Source: Octopus bimaculoides
Lineage: Eukaryota
Direction of reading: 5' to 3'
NCBI RefSeq assembly: GCF_001194135.2
Contig: NC_068986.1
Location: 70,952,605 to 71,016,604, forward strand
DNA length: 64,000 bases
A program made the position numbers and the translations under genes. Numbering within the stretch: the first letter of the stretch is position 1; each line of letters starts with the position of its first letter. The notes beneath the pieces are model-generated. The model was not told the origin of the DNA. It saw only the letters and a program-made list of their open reading frames with translations, and did no database searches. Shown piece after piece: positions 22,333-33,369 of the stretch.

Positions 22333-23240
22333 TTTTTCGTTGTTCGAAAAAAAGTTCGCTTTCTATGTTTTTGTTATTTATGTTCTCATTTCTCATTCTG
22401 TTCACGTTTTTTGATGTCCTGTACTCATATATGCATGTATATATACATATATTTGTAGTTATGTACATATATGTATATATATATGCATATATTTATATAT
22501 TATTTATATTATTATATGATCGAACGCCATGCATCCTTTTCCAAGTAAGTTTTATCTTCTTAATTACAATGCGCACTCTTATTCTATCTTTTCTGTCTAT
22601 CTGCCTCCCTCTCTTGTTCTTCTTCCTTTCTGTTTTTCTCTCCCACCCTTTCCCTATTCTTCTCCTCTCCCCTTCACCGTTCCCTCTCTCTCTCTAACTC
22701 TTCCTCCTTGACTCTCTCGTGACTAACGGCCATTCTCTCTTTCTTCCACTTCCGTCCTAAAGACAAGACGTGCTTTTATCTGTCTCTTCTCAAAGCTCGT
22801 TTTCCAAGCATTCACTACTTCACATCGTCTTGGTTTAACGGCCCTTACCGTTTGCTTTTACTGTTTTGTTCTCACTGCCCTGTTTTTGTTACCACTTTCA
22901 CCCCCGGCAAAAAATCCCATATTTTTTATTTAATTTGCTTTGTGGGTAGGATTGTTTTAACAAAGTCGCGTCTTGTCGTTACCTTCGAAACGCGGAGTAG
23001 ATAAAACAGGGGACAACTGATGAAGAGAATGTTCTTTATGTTGCATGTTTCGTTTCTCTGTTTTTGTTTCGTTGTTCAACAAAAAGTTCGTATTCGATGT
23101 TTTTGTTTTTTATGTTCTCATTTCTCATTCTGTCCGTTTTTTGATGTCCTGTACTCATATATGCATGTATATACACGTATATATAAGTATGTACATATAT
23201 GTATGTATATATGCATATATTTATATATATATATAGGCGT
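22333..23240 (+). mobile_element. Non-coding terminally redundant element (~730-bp unit plus ~130-bp direct repeat), probable non-autonomous Penelope/retrozyme-like element, copy 1
   Basis: 22333-22465 is repeated at 23065-23200 (offset ~732). The body is homologous to 31705-32560. No ORF. Hammerhead-like motifs at 22967-23028. The class assignment is inference. Confidence 0.7.
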
Positions 23241-23386
23241 GTACATATATGTATGTACATATGCATATATTTATTGTAGTTCATTGCCATATAATGAGTA
23301 AATTTATGGTTCATAAGTTAGTTTCATAAGTGACATGAACGAAACTTTCGGTTGTTGAATCACTATTGTAACTTTTCGCCGAGTAA

Positions 23387-23387
<1 letters not shown>

Positions 23388-23460
<73 letters not shown>

Positions 23461-23470
23461 ACACACACAC
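23388..23470. repeat. (CA)n microsatellite
   Basis: Read directly. Confidence 0.95.
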
Positions 23471-24313
23471 ATGCATATATGCATACACAATACATACATG
23501 CAAACACATATGCAGCACTATTTTTAGCTAGAGTCAACTACTAAACGTTAATCTTATAATATTGCACGTCAATACAAATGGAAGCCTATTTTTTTTAGTT
23601 GCCTAGATACAAATTTAATATTTACAAACTAGGGGAATGAAATTATTGCTTTATAGTCGTTTGTATTCCAAGAAACAGCAATTGCTCATTCGCAACGATT
23701 TGGTAAATATTATTAGTGCTTTTCAGCCGCAATATATCGAACGTCTTTCTATTTATACATCTCATATTGATTTTACGATTATAATATACTCTAAAAGTCT
23801 TAACAAAATTACTGAAGATTGAAATAAAATAAAAAAGAAAGAAAATTACTTTCCGCGTTCCATTATATTAATAAGGTATGTCTAATGGGGTTGAAACAGC
23901 GAAGCATCCATACAATTTTGACAATAATAAAATCCGTGGTCTTCTCCTAGTACAAGAGACTAAATTTTTTTAAGATCAATTCTAAATTGAATCTTCTTCA
24001 GACACTGAAAATATCATGAATATCGTATTGTCGTCGCTGGTACAATACATATATACACACGAGTGAGTGAACAAACGAAAGAAAGTAGCATTCAACACAT
24101 TTGGTAGGAGTTACGTATAGTTTAATAACAGCTTGATTCAGCTTTAGATGATTTTTAACGTTTCATGAGCACGTAATACCAGCTCATCTTATGAGATGCT
24201 AGATGCCGAGACTTTACGCCAAGCATCTAAGCAGATGGACTTGTCCCAGGCGCTTAGGAAGCTTTGAGTCATGTGGAGATGAGTCAAGCCGTTATCAAAA
24301 ATATAGCCATATA

Positions 24314-24473
24314 CAGGCGCAGCTACGTTGTAAGAAGCCTGCTTCTCAACCACTTGACTTCGGTACAGTTCCACTGCGTGGTACCTTGGGCAAGTGTTTC
24401 TACTATATCCTCGGCCGACCAAAGCTTTGTGAGTGGATTTGGTAGACGGAAACTGAAAGAAACCCGTCGTATA
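24314..24473 (+). mobile_element. SINE family A, 5' half
   Basis: ccactgcgtggtaccttgggcaagtg...ggccgaccaaagctttgtgagtggatttggtagacggaaactgaaagaaacccgtcg. Confidence 0.9.
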
Positions 24474-24984
24474 CTTGCATTTATATACATATATATGCCT
24501 ATGTGTGTCTGTGTGTGACTGTGTGTGACTGTGTGTGTGTGTCTTGTATACAAATGCAGTCCAATAATGGCTTCTAAGTCACTGTCAAAATGAAAACTTC
24601 TTTTTATTATAACGTAAAAGCAAGCGTTAATATATATGTACATATGTATATATATGTATATATATATGTATATATATATATACAAAGGGGTTTGAATGAT
24701 TGTGTATAGAAGAATATAGAATATATTACTCAAAGGAATTCCAACTCTGTCTGTTTTTCACGTTTTATCTATAATCTTATAATATTAATATAAGATATAA
24801 AATAATAAAGTAAAAAGAAATGAAACGAAGTATCAATAATGATTCTGATAATAACGAGTCGATTATGAGTTGTCTTTTAATTTATATAATGTTATGTGTT
24901 TGTAATACGTGATTCATCCTTGCTTTCTTTTCCACTATTGGCATGATTTGAAATATATATTGTTGTTCAGAATAATTACAACAA

Positions 24985-25765
24985 CAGAAGTTGCTGGAAA
25001 GCATAGGTGAGATTGGCTGAAGAAAGGAACACTGAAAAAAAATACTGAGAGCACTAAACTGGTAGCGCAGAACCAAGCTTTGGCCACGAAGTGGAGGGTC
25101 AACCCCAGAAATGAGCAAGTGTCTCCGCTGTGCCGCATCTATAACAGAGTAGATGAAACCATTGCCCGTATCGCGAACGAATGCCCAAGACTTACCCAAA
25201 ACCACTACAAGTTGTGGTGACACGATCAGGTAGCGAAAGTGCTACATTGGAAATTGTGTGAAAAGTGGGGGCTAGAGGGAGGCAAGACATGGTGGAGTCG
25301 GTGACTAGCAAAATCGTCTGGGATTTCCCAATCCAAACAGATCAGGTGATAGAGTATAACAGGCCGGACCTAGTGACAGTCGACAAGATGCACCACGTGC
25401 TATATAGATGATGTTGCGTGCTTCTTTGACTCACGAATAAATAGTCAAGAAGGAAAGCGAAAAAATAGATAAATACAACCCTCTTAAGTACGAAATAGCC
25501 CGGTTATGGAAAATGAAGAAGATGAAGATAGTGCCAATTGTTGTTGGCTCCTTGGGGACAGTATCAGAAGGCATCAAGAGAAATATAAAGGAAATCGGAA
25601 TAAAGTGTCGAGTAGAAGTATTACAAAAGGTTTACCTCCTTGGCACGGCCAGAATAATCAGGAAAATATTAGATAGCTGAAAGAACAGATAGCATGGTAC
25701 CGTAGGCTGCAGGCAGCAAACCTGCTATGCATGCAAGCACCAAGAATTCTAACAAAACCATGATA
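24985..25765 (+). mobile_element. R4/Dong-like retrotransposon, 5'-truncated, family 'TAA', copy 2
   Basis: DWLKKGTLKKNTESTKLVAQNQALATK...DETIARIANECP...IVWDFPIQTDQVIEYNRPDLV...LLGTARIIRKILDS*. Same 3' UTR as 20306-20965, followed by (TAAA)n(TAA)n. Confidence 0.88.
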
Positions 25766-25773
25766 AAAATAAA

Positions 25774-25843
<70 letters not shown>

Positions 25844-25847
25844 TAAT
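25766..25847. repeat. (TAAA)n(TAA)n microsatellite
   Basis: Read directly. Confidence 0.95.
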
Positions 25848-26059
25848 CATGTGCCTATAATCATATCAAAACAAGATCAACATGGAAAAAACAATTTAGT
25901 ATTATTTAGAAGAAGCATCGTTTAGCAGTAATAGTAGCAGCAATGTTAATGGTCGTAATGTTATTCGTACTAATGGTCGTATTAGTGACTGTATTAGCCA
26001 AGTAGCAAGTTGAACCAATGATAGCAATATATTGATAGTATCAGTATGTTGATACTAGG

Positions 26060-28075
26060 AGATCGTAAAATTTGGTTATTTCTTACTGACACATATGTCT
26101 ATATATTCACTGAGGCCTCTTTGCCTGTACCGTTGTGTTGAAATATGTTGTTTCTGCAGAGTCATTCGTAGCTTTAAGGACATCCCTATTTTATATAGTT
26201 TTTGCTTTTTATTTTGAAAACGTCACCCTTTTAAAAAAGGATCTCCGATTCTTCTGATAAATTTAGATATATATCACAGCTGGGCTGTCTTCATTTTTTT
26301 TTACAGTCGGTTCGGTTGTTATTGTGTAAAGTTTGGCACTTGTTAATATTTTCATTGATTTGAATTGTCTTAATTTTGAAAATGTTATGTGTTTGTAAAA
26401 TGTGATTCATTCTTGCGTCCTTTTCCACTGTTGGCATGATTTGAAATATATATTGTTGTTCTGATTGTTTTTAGGATTGTAGGTGGAGATATACGGCAAA
26501 ACTTTCTTTGTTTTGTTGGATATTCATTTTCTTGACTCGTTGTATTCCATTATCTGTTAAGGATAGTGACAATTTTCTGTCGAGCACTGTAACCTTAAGG
26601 TTTTAAAGTCATATGTCGCGAATATTTTCATCGGAAACTGTTATGCAGATTATTTTGGTTAAATTATAAGAGAAATCTACTATGCTGTGTCTCAGATGGT
26701 ACGAATTGTAAAATAAATATCATTTAGAGTCGGTTGCTTTGTGGTATATAATTCTTACTATATTCGGTTGTTGATTTCCTTCCTTAAGATGTTTGTTTTG
26801 GTTGGATTCCATTGTGAACTGTATATTTTGGTTTATTCCACTGAGTAGTATTTTAAATTCTTTCAGTTTGTCGATAATAGTTGCTTTGCAGTATTAATTG
26901 TAGCTTTTCAATGATTTATTCCTTTTCCATACATTGCGGTAGTTCAGCTGTATAGTTAACTAACCAGAATTTAATGATTTCAGTTCAATAATCATGAGGG
27001 AGTATGTACATAGATTCACAACATCGAAATATACAGAGTTTGTAACCAGAATTTAATGATTTCAGTTCAATAATCACGAGAGAGTATGTACATAGATTCA
27101 CAACATCGAAATATACAGAGTTTGTCCATTAACTGCTTCGGGAAGTTGATTTAACAGAGCTAACTCTTATTTGAGGAATTGTTTGAAGACGTCTAAAATG
27201 TTACTGAGATAGTAAGTTTCACATACAGGATAAGCTATTATTAATTTTAATTTCAAATTATTTGGCACCAAATAATTATATTAATTAAATATATTATTTG
27301 TCGCTAATATATATTAATGTCAGTCTCTTCGGGGTTTATGTAAATCTAAGTCTTTTGGATAATTTGTCATGTCGTTGTGTACTTTCTTTGATAAATTTAT
27401 GATTTTTATTGTTTGGTATACCGAGTGTTTCTGTTCCTCTGGACAGGGGTGTAGTTTTGTTGCTCGGGATTGTTGGATATCTTTTCGATTTTCGTTTCGT
27501 TGGCGAGTTTCGGGAAGATCTCACCAGTTATTTCTACTGTAAGAAGAAAGTTGTAATGTCACATTGAAAGTAATTTTTTTCTTGTTTTATTTCTACTTTG
27601 TGAGGTAATTCTCTTACTGATTCTTTTACTGATATGAGGACTGATAAGATTGGTCTTTTATTATCATATTATCATATCTCATTTGGTTTCCTTGTTCTTT
27701 TTACAGCACTTTGGTATTTGTGATTTTCTTTTCTTCAGGAAAAACTTGTTGAAAACGTGTTCCCTTTTGAGTTTGGTTTCGTATATTTTTCTAAACAGTC
27801 ACCGCTTTTACCTAATGTTGGAGAGAATTCAGTTTTTCCGCTTCACATTCTTCTTTGTGGACTGATTAACCTCAAGGCAAATCATCGACGATCAATATGC
27901 TTAGGAATTTGCTGCTGGTACCAAGCAATTTTTTTGGTTAACTTCTTTTCTTTTTTTTCCAATATGTCCAAGAATTTGGTCTGGCACATGGGGCGCACTC
28001 CATTTACATCATTGCTAATGATAGTTTCAAACTTTCTTGGCTACTCTTCACAACCTTTCAAAACAATATGTGTAA
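26060..28075 (-). mobile_element. Penelope-like element, near full-length but heavily decayed (RT plus GIY-YIG)
   Basis: Minus-strand remnants: motif A tttcgatgttgtgaatctatgtac (FDVVNL..), NQNIQFTM, YHKATDSK, NLTKIICITVSDENIR, and LRMTLQKQHI..YR...LSEYIDIC (GIY-YIG region). Confidence 0.75.
26961..27124. repeat. 82-bp tandem duplication inside the Penelope RT
   Basis: taaccagaatttaatgatttcag...atacagagtttg occurs at 26961 and 27043 with only 2 differences. Confidence 0.9.
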
Positions 28076-28113
28076 ATATATACCTCTCTCTCCTTCTCTG
28101 TCTGTCTGTTTGC

Positions 28114-28163
<50 letters not shown>

Positions 28164-28193
28164 GTCTATATATACGCATAAAGTGATGTTTAA

Positions 28194-28521
28194 CACACGC
28201 GTGAGCGCATTCGGACATAATAAGACCTTTCGCTGCGGAAATTTTAGACATGTATGAAAACATATTTTGTGCGTGATTGCGCGCGCGTGTGAGTGTATGT
28301 GCGTGTGTGTGTGTGCATGCGCACGTGTGTGTGCATGCGTGCGTGTGTGTGTGCATGCGTGCGTGTGTGTGTGCTGAGAGCAACGCCATTCATTCCAGTT
28401 ATCTCGCTCGCAGTATCTTGATCCACAAATTGTGTTTCCGTACATGGCTAGGTGGAGAATTTCCTTCTGGGACTATTTATGCAGCAAAAGTTCTTATCTC
28501 GTCCGAATACACCCGAACGTG
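28194..28521. mobile_element. piggyBac-like MITE with ~50-bp imperfect TIRs, TTAA on both sides and a (TG/CG)n core
   Basis: TTAA at 28190-93 and 28522-25. Left cac...attcggacataataagacctttcgctgc versus reverse complement of the right end cac...attcggacgagataagaacttttgctgc. Confidence 0.65.
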
Positions 28522-28580
28522 TTAAGTATAACTTGACACAAATATATTTTATTCAACGGTGCTTCGTGCGACATTAATTA

Positions 28581-28611
<31 letters not shown>

Positions 28612-29449
28612 TGTATGTATGTATGTATGTATGTATGATGTATGTATGCATGTATAAGAATTGCCTATAGGTTCTAACTTACTTAGACGATAGTTAATAT
28701 GATAGTTAATAAAACTCTTACTTTAAAAATTAAAACTTTGAAGTTAGGAGTAAAGGTCATGAAAAGTAACTTAAACCTACCAAACATGCGCAGATGATAT
28801 ATTCTGCATGCATTGAATCTCAGTACAGACAACAAACATACATGTGTTAAAGGAATCAAAATTCTTTATGAAAGGATATTATACATGTGAATAATATAGA
28901 AGCACAAATGGAATAAAACGAATTCAATGTCTATATTATTCGTAAAAAATAACTTTTCTCACATCTATTGCGTTTATATAAAGGCCATTTGAACTTCCGA
29001 CACATTTAAGTTTTTAAAACACAAAAATCAATTTTCATTTATAGAAAATACACAAACGAAAGCAATTTCCTATATTTATATGCATACAAAATCAATTTCC
29101 TGAGTTTATATACATAGTCACATGCATAAATAGGCAAGGGATACCAACATAGAATACGATTAGTGGTAATTTTCTTCCTACTATCACTTGAATATATACA
29201 CAGTCATTCTCCTGTTTTTCCTTTTACATTACAAAACCATTTTCTTCTCTTGCAAGCGTACACTATTATTAATAAACGTGTCTCAAAGTTATCAAAGAAA
29301 GTTAAATAACTAATGACCTTTCCACCGAAGAAAGATGTGCCCGGTGCAAAAGTTCAGCTACTTTGGTGCAGAACTGTGACTTACATCTTGGAGCATAGAG
29401 AAATACATACATACATACATACATACATACATACATACACATATGATAG

Positions 29450-31540
29450 CTGCAACTCCATTTGAGCAATGCTACCTTTGATTGCTCTCTTAAAACAACT
29501 CGGATGTGGCTTTAACTCCTTTTCACAGATGTGGGAACGATGGGTGCTTCTTGCAGCAGATAGATATTCACAGAGCTACCATTCACATTGACCCATGCCT
29601 TCTTTCGTCGTGTAACTTTACATTGAATGTTTTGCCTTTTTTTTTTAACTACGGCCATCCAGTATATGCAACACATAATAGAGATTCTAAAAATCAAGCA
29701 ATGCCTCTGCCTGAGACTTTTTAAAGTGAGGAAAGACCTTGAACGAGTTCAATCCTACTCTCTAAGCAACTCGTGCATTTGTCTAAAAAGAAAAAGGCTT
29801 GTCAACATCATTGGATGCAAACGAAGTCGCAGGTGTTACATCAGAGTTTTCCTTCTTCAGAGTTTTCCTTCTAAATGGCTACGAGAAATTTATCTCTCCT
29901 AGTCGGCGGGGCGGTAGCGTGGTGGTCCTATTCAGGAAAAACTTGGACGTGCAGTTAAGTGCAGTTTTTCTAGACCCAGAAGGTAGGTTGGTCGTTCTAG
30001 ATTTGACACACGCGAGTAAACAGTCCTTCAGGTTGATAGCTGTCTACGCTCCAAATAAGTGTAGGCAGGCTGGTTTTTAACGGGACCTGGAGAGTTCCTT
30101 AGTGACGTCAAAAACTCTAGTTGTACTTGGAGACTTTAACACTATTCTCGACGCACGGGTGGATAGTGTTGGCTCGGCTGATAGAAAGGAAAATCCTGAC
30201 CTCAAAAGGCTACTAGAGAGCTATAATCTAGTAGACCGGTATAGACTGGATGAGCCGCTCGTTCCACAGTGGACGTGGTCTAATAACGACGGTTCATACA
30301 GATCTTATTTAGATAGGATTATTATTAGAGATACAGACAAGGATACTGTTAGTTGCCCACACTTTTGTTGTGTCCCCTACACGGACAACAAGTTTGTGAC
30401 GTGTAAGGTGTACCTAGTTAAGTGTCATAGACAGGCACCTGGGTTCTGAAAGATGAACAAATCTACTTTGACTTGTAAAACCTTCCGTGCTCGGGTTAAA
30501 GAGTTGGTGCAGAGGGCATTAACAGGTGCCATTATCAATAATAGGTAGTGGTGCGCCCCCAAACGAGCCATTCGTTCTGAGTCTATTAGATTTAGCAAGC
30601 AGTTAAGTCTAGATAAGACTAGAATAGAAGGGAGTTACGTAAGGAATTAGATGAAGGTCTGGCTCTGCTTCTAGAGTGTTGGTGACCAAACACGAAGGAT
30701 GTAAGGTCAGAACTAAACTTCGTACGGTGGGAAGAGAAGGTATTAGCGTTACCGGATGGGCACGTGGTGTGGAAAGTCGGAGAGGTAGAGAAGCCTCTAT
30801 TAAGCCTTACAGACGAACAGAGGTGTTCGATGGAAGGACAAGAGGAGATGCGAAAGACTTTTCATCAGCATTTCGCCCGGTTGTTCGGGAGGAGCGGCGA
30901 GTTGGACCGTGGGGAGCCCCTAAGGGATTTCCTCACCGGTGGGCTGCGACTCTTGGCATGAGAGGCGGAATGCTGTGAAGGATCGATTACGGCTACAGAG
31001 GTTGAAGAGGTACTGGCTGAGTGCGCCAGAGACAAATCGCCGGGACTGTAGTATGCCGGACTTGTACGGGCACTTGCTGGCCTGCGTCTACACAAACTGG
31101 TAGCAGAATGGGAGGATTCCCAGTTCTGTGAGTCGGAAAGTGGTGACGCTGATCAGAAAAGACCCGAACAAGGGGGATCATATCAATAATTTTAGGCCCA
31201 TAGCTCTACTTAATGTAGAGTTAAAGATTTTGGCCAAGGTGCTAGCTAAGAGGTTAGTGCGTATCGCGGAGAAACTTGTTGAGAGGGCGCAGACGTGCCA
31301 TCCCAGGCAGGTCGATCCAGGAAATCTTCATCTCCTGCGCTACACCTTAGACAGGGTGGGTAAATTATCCGGTAAAGGTGGGTCACTGGTCCATTTAAAC
31401 CAAAGTAAAGCTTTTGATGGGGTAGATCACCAGTGCCTGAATGCAGTCCTCGAGGCAGCTGGGCTGGGCCCAGACTTCTGTGGCTGGGCCCAGACTTCTG
31501 TGGCTGGGCCCAGACTTCTGTGGCTGGATCCCTGCCATAA
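29450..31540 (+). mobile_element. Tx1/L1-group LINE: AP endonuclease plus N-terminal RT, fragmented
   Basis: GGSVVVLFRKN...EGRLVVLDL...FRLIAVYAPN, LVVLGDFNTILD, WTWSN...RSYLDRI, NFRPIALLNVELKILAKVLAKRL, LNQSKAFDGVDH. Many stops. Confidence 0.88.
31462..31527. repeat. 20-bp tandem repeat (ggctgggcccagacttctgt) x3
   Basis: Exact copies read directly. The unit derives from the Tx1 RT coding sequence (GLGPDFCGW). Confidence 0.9.
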
Positions 31541-31627
31541 GTACAGGACATTAAGAAAAACGTTAAACACAATGAGNNNNNNNNNNTGGCTGGGCCCAGA
31601 CTTCTGTGGCTGGATCCCTGCCATAAG

Positions 31628-32570
31628 TACAGGACATTAAGAAAAACGTTAAACACAATGAGAAACGAAAACATAAAAACGAAAACAGAAAACGAACGTT
31701 TTACCAATGTATGCATGTATGTATACATATAGATGAGGTATGTACATATATGTATGGATATATGCATATATTTCTATATTTTTATATTATTATATGATCG
31801 AACGCTACGCATCCTTTTCCAAGTAAGTTTTATCTTAATAATTACAATGCGCACCCTACTGCTATCTCTTCCCTGTCTGTCTCTCTCCCTCTCTTGTTCT
31901 TCTTCCTTTCTGTTTTTCTCTCCCATCCTTTCCCTGTTCTTTTCTCCCTTTCACCGTTCCCTCTCTCTCTCTCTCATTCTTCCTCCTTGACCCTCTCGTC
32001 GCTCACATGAGACGAAAGGGGGATCTCTCTTTCTGTTCACTGCCTTCCTATAGAAAAGACGTGTTGTTTCTGTCTCTTCTCTCATGCACGACTATCTAGC
32101 GTTCAAAATAATATTTTTTCTATCGCCTTGGCTTAACAGCCCTCACTGTTTGTTTTTACTGTCTTGTTCTCACTGTCCTGTTCTTACTGTTTTTACTGTC
32201 TTGTTCTCACTGTCCTGTTCTTGTTAACACTTTCACCCTCCGCAAAATATTCCAAATTTTATTTAATTTGCTTTGCGGTAAGGACTGTTCCAACGAAGTC
32301 GCGTATTGTCCTTGCCTTCGAAACTCGGAGTAGATGGAACAGGGACAACCGACGAGGGGATACACTCTTTTTGTTGCATGTCTCGTTGCTCTGTTTTTTT
32401 TCGTTGCTCGAAAAAAGTTCGTTTTCTGTATTCGTTTTTATGTTTTCGTTTCTCATTGTGTTTAACGTTTTTCTTGATATCCTGTACCCATGCGTGCATG
32501 TATGTATACATATAGATGTAGGTATGTACATATATGTATGGATATATGCATATATTTATCTATTATTTAT
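31628..32570 (+). mobile_element. Non-coding terminally redundant element, copy 2, with the 5' part of the terminal repeat inverted
   Basis: 31628-31697 is the reverse complement of 32417-32486, and 31707-31770 directly repeats ~32490-32560. The body is homologous to 22470-23200. Confidence 0.7.
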
Positions 32571-32581
32571 ATATATATACA

Positions 32582-32620
<39 letters not shown>

Positions 32621-32625
<5 letters not shown>

Positions 32626-32788
32626 GACGGGCTTCTTTCAATTTCTGTCTATCAAATCCACTCACAAGGCTATTGGTCGGCTCGAGGCTATTGTGAAAGG
32701 CACTCGTCCAAGATGCCACGCAGTGGGACTGAACCCAGAACCATGTAGTTGGAAAGCAAGCTGCTTACCACACAGCCACGCCTGCGTC
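32621..32788 (-). mobile_element. SINE family A, 5' half
   Basis: Reverse complement reads gcaggcgtggctgtgtggtaagcagcttgctttccaac...gttcagtcccactgcgtggcatcttgg...gaaagaagcccgtcg. Confidence 0.9.
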
Positions 32789-32859
32789 TATGTAAATGCT
32801 TTAAATATTTTTTAAAATCAAAACTGCAAGTTTAAAAAAATTAATAATACACGTATGTG

Positions 32860-33350
32860 GTTACTACTGTTACCTGGTATTTCAATATTTCAAGGTTAGG
32901 ACCCCTTCTTCAGGAAATTTAGGAAGAAAAAGGTGTTGATAGCTGACTTCTCTGCTCTCTAGTGTGTGTGTAGGAAGTGTTGTTTTGCGTTGCTATAATA
33001 TGCAATCAGCTGCGTGCAGTTCAGATCCCTCATTAAGTCGCGGGCTATACTTGTTAATTAAAATAGCTTAATTTATTCTCAAGCTTCCAATGTTTCTTCC
33101 AGTAGTTTTAATGGAAACTTGGATGTCTTAGGAGTGATATTTCCGTAGGTGCTTTATGACGGAAGGAGCATTTGCATGGGGGATGTTCTTTAGCCCGTAT
33201 GTGAACTTGTCTGATGAAACTTCTACATTTGCTACACCTAATTATATACACCACCCAGAAGGTATATATATATATATTTTCATCTCTGATCCTGAAGTTG
33301 GACAATGTACATAAGGTGTTGCTTTGTCGCAGTCTGTTTTTAGTGAGGAT
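32860..33350 (-). mobile_element. Penelope-like element 3' end (GIY-YIG remnant plus hammerhead-bearing terminus), inverted relative to 33370-33900
   Basis: Minus ORF ...VVYIIRCSKCRSFIRQVHIRAKEH... (VY.I.C..C...R.KEH). The terminus reads cctgaagaaggggtcctaaccttgaaatattg. Confidence 0.7.
32879..32918 (-). ncRNA. Putative minimal type-I hammerhead ribozyme
   Basis: Minus strand AUUUC-CUGAAGA-AGGGGUCCUAACCUU-GAAA-UA-UU-GAAAU: 5-bp helix I, 4-bp helix II and palindromic AAUAUU helix III. Confidence 0.55.
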
Positions 33351-33369
33351 CCTCAGGAAAGGTTCGGAG

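Noticed and set aside
31501-31642. Duplicated junction sequence
   Set aside because: Identical copies lie across the 10-N gap at 31577-31586, so this is an artefact.
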